Source: Candidatus Micrarchaeota archaeon (lineage in GTDB: Archaea; Micrarchaeota; Micrarchaeia; Micrarchaeales; CABMGC01). From it: a stretch of DNA of 64,000 bases. The notes beneath the pieces were generated by a model that had not been told where the DNA came from, made no database searches, and worked only from the letters and a program-made list of their open reading frames with translations. The translations under genes were made by a program, and so were the position numbers. The stretch covers positions 677,155 to 741,154 of the forward strand of contig JAJYVH010000001.1 of NCBI GenBank assembly GCA_021792095.1, given 5' to 3'. Shown piece by piece: positions 1 through 7,463 of the stretch (positions within the stretch are counted from its first letter, which is position 1; each line of letters begins with the position of its first letter).

Positions 1-1025
1 ACGTCCTGCATCTCGCCGCTTATCTCCTTCTCGTAGTCCGCGTCCAGCGTGGACACCAGCAGGGAGCCGGGCAGCGCCTCCTCGAAGCCCACGCCGCTTA
101 TCTTCACGCCAGAGGCCGCTGATACCGAATCGGCGTAGTAGTACTTGCTGCCCGCCTCGCGCATCTCCTGCAACGGCTTGGGCTTCAGCAGCGCCCTGAT
201 CCTGCCGACCGCTATGCCGTTAGCCGTGGCGAACGCGACGCTCTCGTTGGTCTTGAGCTCGCCGTTGTAGAGTATGACGTCTATTGTTGTGCCGAGCCCC
301 TTCTCCTCCTTCTTCTCCAGTATGCTGCCCCTGCCCGGCCCCGAGACCTCCACGTTGAGCCTCGCCTCGAGGAAGCGCTGTGTTATTCCGGCCGCATAGA
401 CGAGCAGCTCGGCTATGCCCTCGCCCGTCTTCGCGCTCACCGGCAGTATCGCGACCTCTTTCCTGAAATCCTTGACCCTGTCGAAACGCTCGCTCTCGAA
501 GCCGAGCTCGCTCAGCTTGCCCACGAACGCGTACATCCTGGTGTCCAGGGAGGCATCGACGTCAGTTGTCTGCTTCGCGATAGATTCGGAGAAGCTCATA
601 GTGCGCTGGTCGCGCCAGCCTGTGATCAGGTCTATCTTGTTGGCGGCCACCACGAAAGGCGTCTTGTACTCCTTGAGTATGTCTACGGCCTCGTACGTCT
701 GGGGCTCGAAGCCCTTGCTTATGTCCACAACAAGTATCGCAAGGTCCGCCACGGCGCCGCCGCGCTTCCTGAGGTTGGTGAACGCCTCGTGGCCAGGGGT
801 GTCTATGAACAGCAGCGCCGGTATCGTTATCTTGGCCCCGAACTGCTTGAGGACGGGACCCGCAACCTTCTCTATCACTTCGAGAGGCACCTCGCTGGCG
901 CCTATGTGCTGCGTTATGCCGCCAGCTTCGCGGCTAGCGACAGCGCTGCTCCTTATCCTGTCGAGCAGGGCCGTTTTCCCGTGGTCCACGTGCCCCATCA
1001 CCACGATTATAGGCTGACGTATCAT
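1..1025 (-). CDS. infB: translation initiation factor aIF5B / IF-2 (N-terminal GTPase part; 3' end runs off the window)
   Basis: Reverse-strand translation from the ATG at 1025 reads MIRQPIIVVMGHVDHGKTALLDRIR...IDTPGHEAF...AANKID (G1/G3/G4 GTPase motifs typical of aIF5B). It is open to the window edge, so it is missing from the ORF track. Confidence 0.9.
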   Translation of the reverse strand, partial: MIRQPIIVVMGHVDHGKTALLDRIRSSAVASREAGGITQHIGASEVPLEVIEKVAGPVLKQFGAKITIPALLFIDTPGHEAFTNLRKRGGAVADLAILVVDISKGFEPQTYEAVDILKEYKTPFVVAANKIDLITGWRDQRTMSFSESIAKQTTDVDASLDTRMYAFVGKLSELGFESERFDRVKDFRKEVAILPVSAKTGEGIAELLVYAAGITQRFLEARLNVEVSGPGRGSILEKKEEKGLGTTIDVILYNGELKTNESVAFATANGIAVGRIRALLKPKPLQEMREAGSKYYYADSVSAASGVKISGVGFEEALPGSLLVSTLDADYEKEISGEMQD

Positions 1026-1103
1026 AGGCACCACCAGGGGCAAATTATAAATGTATTGGACATAGAACGTATAAAAGGCTGATTTCCGGATAGTTTTTTA
1101 CAT

Positions 1104-1448
1104 ATGAGCGTCGCCATGGAAAGAGGAATAGGGATGGAGTTCAACGAATATCAAACAGAGGCCAGGAAGACCGCAGTGTACCCGCCGGACGTAGGATTGC
1201 AGTACACGGCGCTCGGGCTGGCCGGAGAGGCCGGGGAGGTTGCGAACAAGGTAAAGAAAGTGCTACGCGGGGACGGGGCAATAGACACGAAAGCGGTGCA
1301 GGGCGAGCTCGGAGACGTGCTCTGGTACATAAGCAACCTGGCGACAGAGCTGGGCATCAAGCTTGATGACATAGCGAACGACAACCTGGCCAAGCTCAGG
1401 GACAGGATGGCGCGGGGAGTGCTGAAAGGAAGCGGCGACAACAGGTAG
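1104..1448 (+). CDS. MazG-like nucleotide pyrophosphohydrolase
   Basis: 114-aa ORF with the all-alpha NTP-PPase helices GLAGEAGEVANKVKK and ELGDVLWYISNLA (EExxE / ExxD metal-binding pattern). Confidence 0.75.
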   Translation: MSVAMERGIGMEFNEYQTEARKTAVYPPDVGLQYTALGLAGEAGEVANKVKKVLRGDGAIDTKAVQGELGDVLWYISNLATELGIKLDDIANDNLAKLRDRMARGVLKGSGDNR

Positions 1449-1540
1449 GGGAGAGGGCGCGATCCGTGCAGAAGGACCCAAAAGAAGGGCACGGAAAGCT
1501 ATAAAGTCATTGCCATTATGAAATATTGGAGGTGCTATTT

Positions 1541-2191
1541 GTGACAACAAAAGTCTTAGTGATAGCCAAGCCTGACTTGGTAATACGCAGGGGCCCAGGA
1601 GCCAAGATGCTTAGAGGATTCATGGAGCGCACAGGTTGCAGGATAACGGCCTCCAGCAAGATGCAGATAAGCAAGGAGCTGGCAGACATGCACTATGCAA
1701 GCCTCAAGGGCAGGCCCTTCTACCCGTGGCTGATGGACTACATAACGATGTACGACTCGTTCGTATTCTTGATGGAGACAGAAAAGCCTATAGCGGAACT
1801 CAGGGACACGCTTGGGAGCACCATGGTGGAGAAGGCCGAAAGAGGCTCGCTGCGCGGAATGTATGGGCTGGCTAAAGGAATGAACGGCATGCACCTCTCC
1901 GAATCTGAGGAAGCGGCAAAACAGGAGGTGAATCTCTGGCTGGAGAGCAGTGCACTGAAGGAGGGCAGCATAGGCTTCGATGCGGAAGCGTACATAGGCA
2001 AGTACATCGACTCGCCCGACAACACTCAGGCGATACACAGACTACTTGGCGACGGCGATGAAAAAAACAAAATTGTCGCAGGAGAGCGCAATGAAGCGCT
2101 ATACGACATGCTCAAGGAGGAAGCTGCCGAAGTAAAGCATGAAGCGGTGAGCAAGCTCTATTCTGTGCTTGCGGAGTCGCTCAAGTCCTAG
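1541..2191 (+). CDS. nucleoside-diphosphate-kinase-like protein with a C-terminal extension
   Basis: NDK-like blocks are KVLVIAKPD, GRPFYPWLMDY and RGMYG...NGMHLSESEEAAKQEVNLW (His at the NxxHGSDS position). I prefer the GTG at 1541, which is preceded by GGAGGTG at 1528-1534. The ORF track starts at TTG 1526. Confidence 0.6.
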   Translation: MTTKVLVIAKPDLVIRRGPGAKMLRGFMERTGCRITASSKMQISKELADMHYASLKGRPFYPWLMDYITMYDSFVFLMETEKPIAELRDTLGSTMVEKAERGSLRGMYGLAKGMNGMHLSESEEAAKQEVNLWLESSALKEGSIGFDAEAYIGKYIDSPDNTQAIHRLLGDGDEKNKIVAGERNEALYDMLKEEAAEVKHEAVSKLYSVLAESLKS

Positions 2192-2493
2192 GCGCCCATC
2201 GCTACCCTGTACTCCTCGCTTATCATCTCAGGGCTCCAGGCAGGCTCCCAGACCAGATCCAGGTTCACCTTGCCCACGCCAGGTATGTTCTCCAGCCTCA
2301 GCTCCACATCGGCGAGTATGACGCTCGTCACGGGGCACATGGGGCTGGTCATTGTTAGCTTTATGTCCAGGTCGTTGGAGTCGCTGATCCTGATGTCGTA
2401 GATCAGGCCAAGGTCGACCACGTTTATGCCGATCTCCGGGTCGACTGTTTTCTTCAGGGCTGCGATCACTTCGGCCATAGCGAGCTTTGCCAT
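2188..2493 (-). CDS. DUF59/MIP18-family Fe-S cluster assembly protein (SufT-like)
   Basis: 101-aa ORF with VDPEIGINVVDLGLIY and TMTSPMCP, the hallmark blocks of DUF59 proteins. Confidence 0.8.
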   Translation of the reverse strand: MAKLAMAEVIAALKKTVDPEIGINVVDLGLIYDIRISDSNDLDIKLTMTSPMCPVTSVILADVELRLENIPGVGKVNLDLVWEPAWSPEMISEEYRVAMGA

Positions 2494-2541
2494 ACTACCA
2501 AGTTATACAAACTAGTATAAATTAATTCCAGAAAGGGGCGT

Positions 2542-5463
2542 TTACCTGCATGTGGCCGATGCGCTGAACCAGCCGCAGTTGCTGGCCGTCTGGCAGGAGT
2601 TGCCGCCCGAATCGATGTTGCTGCTGCTGTTCCCTATGCTCGAGCCGGCGCAGTAGACCGACGCCTTGCTTGAGTCGGAGAACATGTTGCTCTGCATGCT
2701 GCTCCTTGTAGTGTTGTCGAGGTATGCACCGTAGGCGCTGTCCTGCACCGTGTTGTTGGTCACTGTGAGCGCGGTGGAGTTGGTGAATGTCAGGCCGTAG
2801 GAGTTGCCGTAGAGCCTGTTGTTGTACACGTTGGTCTCTGTGGCGTTCGCCACTGTTATACCGCTTGTCCCGTTCTGTATCACGTTGTCGTACACGCTGG
2901 AGAACCTGCCGCTGAGCACTATGGCGTTGCCCGCACGCACTATAGTGTTGTTGTGTATGCTGGACCCCTGGCCGTTGCCCTCGATGCCCGTCGTGAAGTT
3001 GACAAGGAGGCAGTCAGAGATGCTGACTCCAGACGCGTTTGATATATCAGCGAAAGTGCCCCCGTGCTCCGCGTAGACAGTGTGGCCTTCGCAGTCTATG
3101 CTGGTGGTGTTTGCGGAACCGGCCTTGTTCACGTATATGCCGAAGCACGTGGAGCCGCTCGTGAAGAGCAGATCGCGGTTGAACACTACGCTGCTAGGTG
3201 AGAAGAAAGAGGTGCAGGATGGTCCCTGGACCACGCCGCTTGTCTCCACCAGCCAGTCGCAGCCTGCCTTGGTTATGCCTGAATCTACGCTTATCGGGTT
3301 GGAGTACACGCCGGTCGATGTGCCGCTGCACACGTAATCACCTGCCTTGTTGGAGCTCGCGCTGTCGTTGTACACAGTGTTGTTCCTCGAGTTCCCGAAG
3401 TAGAAGCCGTAGCCCGGGTTGCTCGTGGCGCTGTCGAAGCCTATGTTGTTGCGTGTGGCGTTTATGAAAGCGAAGCCGTATGCGCTGCCTGCGCCTGCGC
3501 CCGCGGTGCTGTTCACCACGCTGCTTTCAGCGAGGCGGGTGAGGTTGAAGCCGTAGCCCGTGGCACCGGAGACATGGAGCGACGCAAGCGTGCTGTAGGT
3601 CACGTTGTAGAGCCTCAGTCCGGCAGAAACGCCGCTGAAGCTATCCGACTGGAGCTTGAGGCGAGTGGAGCCGCTGGCGTTCACGCCGAAGGCGAAGTTG
3701 CTGGCCGTGCAGTTGGAGATGCTAACGTTGCTCTCGTTGGCCACGAGGAAGGCGCTGCCGAGCCCCGAGCCGCGTATGCTGTGGCCGTTGCAGCTGAGCG
3801 ACACATTGCTCGCGGCCACTGACAGGCACGTGCTCTGCGCGATAATGTCCTGGCTGAGCTGATACGCGCCCGGCCTCGTTATGGTCTTGCACGAGCTGAC
3901 AGGGTACAAGGAGAGGCTCGGAAGCACTGTCTGCTTGCAGGACGCCGACGCCCACTTGCAGCTCGTCAGGCCGCACGAGAAGCCCTGGGCCAGGTCGGTA
4001 GTGGAGTTGTAAGTGTAAGGCGTGCAGTAGAGGTCGGAGTCTGTGTTGTTCGACGACGAGCCGCCGTTGAACACAGAGCCATAGCCTGAATTCATGTAGA
4101 TGCCGTACGTGTTGTTCCTCGCGTTTGTGTTGTAGAAGAGCGTGCCAGGCGACGAATTCACGAACAGGCCGTAGGTGTCATGGAGCGCCTTGCTGTTGGA
4201 AACTGTGCCCGCAGCAGTGCCGTTCATGGACAAGCCGTAGGTGTCGTTGCTGAAAGTAGAGTTGCTTATGTCAGGCTTGAACGACTGCGACATGTAAACA
4301 CCGTAAGTGTCGTTGTTGAGCACGCAGCCGGATATGCTCACGTTGGGCACCTGGCCCACGTAAATGCCGTAGCTCGAGTCGTGTATCTGCCTTCCGGAGC
4401 AGGTCAGGCTGACGTCCGGCGCAAGCACGCGTATGCAGGAAACGCCATTGGAGAGAGCGCCCTGCTTGCCGGCGTATGCTGCCGTGCTTATGTCGCTCTC
4501 CAGGGCATAGTTGCCCGATATATATATAGTGCCGCACGTGTGCACCGGGCCCGGAGCCAGGCTCACGCTGGAAAAGTTGAACGGCACGTTTGTTGCGCAC
4601 GTCGCAAAGCCGCAGAAGTTGTTGACAGAGCAGGTGGAATTGGTGAACGTGCCGGCATCCTGCGTCGCTGCCGAGGCGTTGCAGATGAGATCGGTCGGAT
4701 TGCTGGCAAATGCATCGTGCGAGAAGCTGTTGCCGGCAGCGTCTAGCACAAGCCCGTAGTACGCATTGCCCGAAGAAACATCGTGCGAGAAGCTGTTGCC
4801 GCTCCCGCTGGCAACGTGTATGCCTCCCTGCTTGCTCTGCGACACAGAGACGCTGTCGTTGCTTATGCTGTTGTTGTACGCTTCAAGCAGGTATATGCCG
4901 GAGAGCGTGGCGTTGGTGAGATGGCTGTCGGCTATGGCCGAGCTGCTGGTTGCGTTGAGGAAGACATCGTACGAGAACCTCTCAACGGTTAAGTTGGCCA
5001 CAGACACGTTGCTTACGCCCTGCAGCAGCACTCCGTACGAGTACGGCTGCGTGTCAGAGAACGGCCCGCTGCCAGTTATCCTGTACCCTCTTCCGTTCAG
5101 CGACACACCGTTCGCTGCAATCACCAGGCATGCTCCAGAAGCTTTGGTGTAGTTCAGGTTGCCGGAAAGGTAGTATGCGCCTGGCTTGTTTATGGTTGTG
5201 CACGCGCTTATCGCTGCGGCGCTTGCCTGCTGCACAGTAGTAGCGGACACGGTCGTGGGCTGGCTTGGATGGCTGGTGACCGCAAGGGCTATGGCGACAA
5301 TCACGATCAAGGCGACAACCGCTACGCCTATGGTCTTCAGCGGCAAGCCTCCGAAACGCGATCCGTACACAGGAGGAAGGGTGCCGCTCGAGCCCGGAGC
5401 CTGTTGCGACGGAGCCGCGCTATCAGGTTGGACTTGGCCCGTACCGTTTGCTTGGTCATCCAT
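2542..5463 (-). CDS. large membrane-anchored surface protein with parallel beta-helix (PbH1/NosD-like) repeats
   Basis: 973 aa with an N-terminal TM helix (IGVAVVALIVIVAIALAV). Repeats of about 22 aa recur, e.g. NDTYGVYM, NDTYGLSM, HDTYGLFV, NNTYGIYM. The protein is rich in Cys and N-x-S/T sequons. Confidence 0.7.
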   Translation of the reverse strand: MDDQANGTGQVQPDSAAPSQQAPGSSGTLPPVYGSRFGGLPLKTIGVAVVALIVIVAIALAVTSHPSQPTTVSATTVQQASAAAISACTTINKPGAYYLSGNLNYTKASGACLVIAANGVSLNGRGYRITGSGPFSDTQPYSYGVLLQGVSNVSVANLTVERFSYDVFLNATSSSAIADSHLTNATLSGIYLLEAYNNSISNDSVSVSQSKQGGIHVASGSGNSFSHDVSSGNAYYGLVLDAAGNSFSHDAFASNPTDLICNASAATQDAGTFTNSTCSVNNFCGFATCATNVPFNFSSVSLAPGPVHTCGTIYISGNYALESDISTAAYAGKQGALSNGVSCIRVLAPDVSLTCSGRQIHDSSYGIYVGQVPNVSISGCVLNNDTYGVYMSQSFKPDISNSTFSNDTYGLSMNGTAAGTVSNSKALHDTYGLFVNSSPGTLFYNTNARNNTYGIYMNSGYGSVFNGGSSSNNTDSDLYCTPYTYNSTTDLAQGFSCGLTSCKWASASCKQTVLPSLSLYPVSSCKTITRPGAYQLSQDIIAQSTCLSVAASNVSLSCNGHSIRGSGLGSAFLVANESNVSISNCTASNFAFGVNASGSTRLKLQSDSFSGVSAGLRLYNVTYSTLASLHVSGATGYGFNLTRLAESSVVNSTAGAGAGSAYGFAFINATRNNIGFDSATSNPGYGFYFGNSRNNTVYNDSASSNKAGDYVCSGTSTGVYSNPISVDSGITKAGCDWLVETSGVVQGPSCTSFFSPSSVVFNRDLLFTSGSTCFGIYVNKAGSANTTSIDCEGHTVYAEHGGTFADISNASGVSISDCLLVNFTTGIEGNGQGSSIHNNTIVRAGNAIVLSGRFSSVYDNVIQNGTSGITVANATETNVYNNRLYGNSYGLTFTNSTALTVTNNTVQDSAYGAYLDNTTRSSMQSNMFSDSSKASVYCAGSSIGNSSSNIDSGGNSCQTASNCGWFSASATCR

Positions 5464-5520
5464 CAGGCAACACTATAGAATAACTATTTATGCTATAGTA
5501 TGCTTTTTATACGTGACAGT

Positions 5521-5592
5521 GCCCCAGTAACTCAGTGGCAGAGTGCCAGTTTCGTAAACTGGAAGTCGAGGGTTCAACCCCCTCCTGGGGCT
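5521..5592 (+). tRNA. tRNA-Thr (anticodon CGU)
   Basis: Hand-folded cloverleaf: acceptor GCCCCAG/CTGGGGC, D arm ACTC/GAGT, anticodon stem CCAGT/ACTGG with loop TTCGTAA, T arm GAGGG-TTCAACC-CCCTC, discriminator T. Confidence 0.85.
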
Positions 5593-5616
5593 AACCGGAA
5601 ATTGTTCACGTGTTAG

Positions 5617-6435
5617 TCATTTTATAATCTGTACGTAATCTTCCATGTCTTTTACAAATTTGGCTCTGGTTTCTGCAGACAGAGTCGAATAAGTATTAAA
5701 ATACCTAGAGCAATAGAACTTTTTCTTCGGCTCTGCCGCCTTCAGAAGTTCCACTTTATCACAAACATCCTTTCTCATCAATTCTATTTTCTGGTCTTCG
5801 ATTTTGAAGAAATTGATTTTGTCAGTTACTCTTATATCCACTTCCGTTTCTGGTGCGGAAAGTAAATTCCATACCTTATTTATAAATGCCTTTTTCTGTT
5901 CAGAAAGTACGGCGCCACGATATATTTTCAATGAAATTGCCTTTGCATAATTCTGCGCTACAGAGCCTTCTCTGTCAGTAAGTTTTGAAACCTGACTGGG
6001 TAGCCATACAAGATTCGGGACAAATGTGTTCGCAAGTGGATTGCGAGCGGAATGTTCGCCTCCATTAAATTTTCCCCATATGTGGCTTGCTACAAACCCC
6101 TTTGCCATTTTTTTATTATGATAGAAAGAATTTGGACCAACAACTCTGAACGTACGAGGTATCGCCTTTACGAGACTGTTGTCGTCTCTGAAATATCCGT
6201 TTTTGTCACAAGAACCCCATTCTTCGGTCTTTTTATTTACGGATTTCCTGCATGTCGGATCTCTTACTATAAATGGGCGCAGAACTGGCAAGCTTTGGTA
6301 TAACTCTACAGGAAGCCATATTGATAGGTTCAATATCAGCTTTTTTACAAGTTCTGTGTCTGGGTTTTGAGTTGTTATTGCTTCTTTAAAATAATGGTAT
6401 AATGCATCATCCCCATCTATTGTGCCGTATGCCAT
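5617..6435 (-). CDS. hypothetical protein, possible HNH_2-like nuclease; last gene of the island operon
   Basis: 272-aa ORF, 5 nt downstream of the PD-(D/E)XK gene. The segment GFVASHIWGKF...NPLANTFVPNLVWLPSQVSKLTD loosely fits the xHI...N..N.L.L....FD pattern of HNH_2 nucleases. There is no other recognisable motif. Confidence 0.35.
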   Translation of the reverse strand: MAYGTIDGDDALYHYFKEAITTQNPDTELVKKLILNLSIWLPVELYQSLPVLRPFIVRDPTCRKSVNKKTEEWGSCDKNGYFRDDNSLVKAIPRTFRVVGPNSFYHNKKMAKGFVASHIWGKFNGGEHSARNPLANTFVPNLVWLPSQVSKLTDREGSVAQNYAKAISLKIYRGAVLSEQKKAFINKVWNLLSAPETEVDIRVTDKINFFKIEDQKIELMRKDVCDKVELLKAAEPKKKFYCSRYFNTYSTLSAETRAKFVKDMEDYVQIIK

Positions 6436-6440
6436 GTGAT

Positions 6441-7463
6441 CTACTTCAAGATGTCGATGCCTGGTTTCCGAGACACAATCAGATTATCATGGCCGTCCAA
6501 GTTAATTTCGTAATGAACTACTTCTACACCAGAAGGAACACCTTCCTGAAACTTATCAGCAGTTATTCTGGGGAAAGCATCTTTGACTTCGTACAACGCC
6601 TCATCTACGATACGGAAACGAACCTTTTCATACTCTTCATCGTGCATTGGCGAATATCCCGTGAGAACTAATGTACTTTCAAACGATGCCAATGCATCTT
6701 GATTATTTGCAAGTGAACTACGGCACAATGCAATTAAGCTTGGAAGAGTATTTGTCGCACCACCTTCTTCTCTTAATCTAAGGCTGAAAAAATACAATTT
6801 GCCATTTTCCGGAGGTAAAAGCTGATCTATCCCATGTATCCAATGTACTCTCCCGGCGGTTGATGTGGTGCCTTTTACCTCAACTGATTTTCCTTGCCAT
6901 TCAAAGTCGTGTCTACTGCCTCTAGGTCCTCTCCAACCTACTATTACATCGCTTTGTTTCATATTAGGTAAAAGCCAACAGTTGAGGTACCACAGCTCTG
7001 AAAACAAGCCAATAATTTCTTCTTTCGATAGAATGTTGACAGGCGGTCTACCCCAAAAATACCGCCATTTTGCTAACACCGTACTGACAACTTCTACTTT
7101 CGAGATATTTCCAGAAGAAAGTGAGACGGCGATTTCACGGCCTATTATATCAAACGCTTCTTGGCCTGTTGGGTCTTGACAAATGATATCTATGTATTTT
7201 GATGGCGCTTGATCGTGCTCTTTGATTTTAAGTTCTTCACAAGAAACGCCTATACCGCGGCTTTGGCTATCACTCATGCCCTCTTCGTCTGATGAAAGAG
7301 GTATCAAAAAGTGGCGGGCTCCTTCCGCATCTATTCCAGCTAGCAAGACCGTAGATATTTCGGGAAAGGCCGTCCTGGCTACGAACGTTTCCTCCTTAAT
7401 CCTCGTATTTTTTAAGCGATCCCATATTTCAGTATTTAAGTGACTCATGTTACCGGCCTCCAT
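6441..7463 (-). CDS. PD-(D/E)XK motif protein (putative nuclease subunit)
   Basis: 340 aa. RGSRHDFEWQGKSVEVKGTTS gives the D...E-x-K catalytic signature. The gene overlaps the Z1 gene by 19 nt on the same strand. Confidence 0.6.
   Translation of the reverse strand: MEAGNMSHLNTEIWDRLKNTRIKEETFVARTAFPEISTVLLAGIDAEGARHFLIPLSSDEEGMSDSQSRGIGVSCEELKIKEHDQAPSKYIDIICQDPTGQEAFDIIGREIAVSLSSGNISKVEVVSTVLAKWRYFWGRPPVNILSKEEIIGLFSELWYLNCWLLPNMKQSDVIVGWRGPRGSRHDFEWQGKSVEVKGTTSTAGRVHWIHGIDQLLPPENGKLYFFSLRLREEGGATNTLPSLIALCRSSLANNQDALASFESTLVLTGYSPMHDEEYEKVRFRIVDEALYEVKDAFPRITADKFQEGVPSGVEVVHYEINLDGHDNLIVSRKPGIDILK

Noticed and set aside
415-1082. 200-aa and 97-aa plus-strand ORFs at the window start
   Set aside because: They are antisense to the aIF5B GTPase reading frame, which has unmistakable G-motifs.
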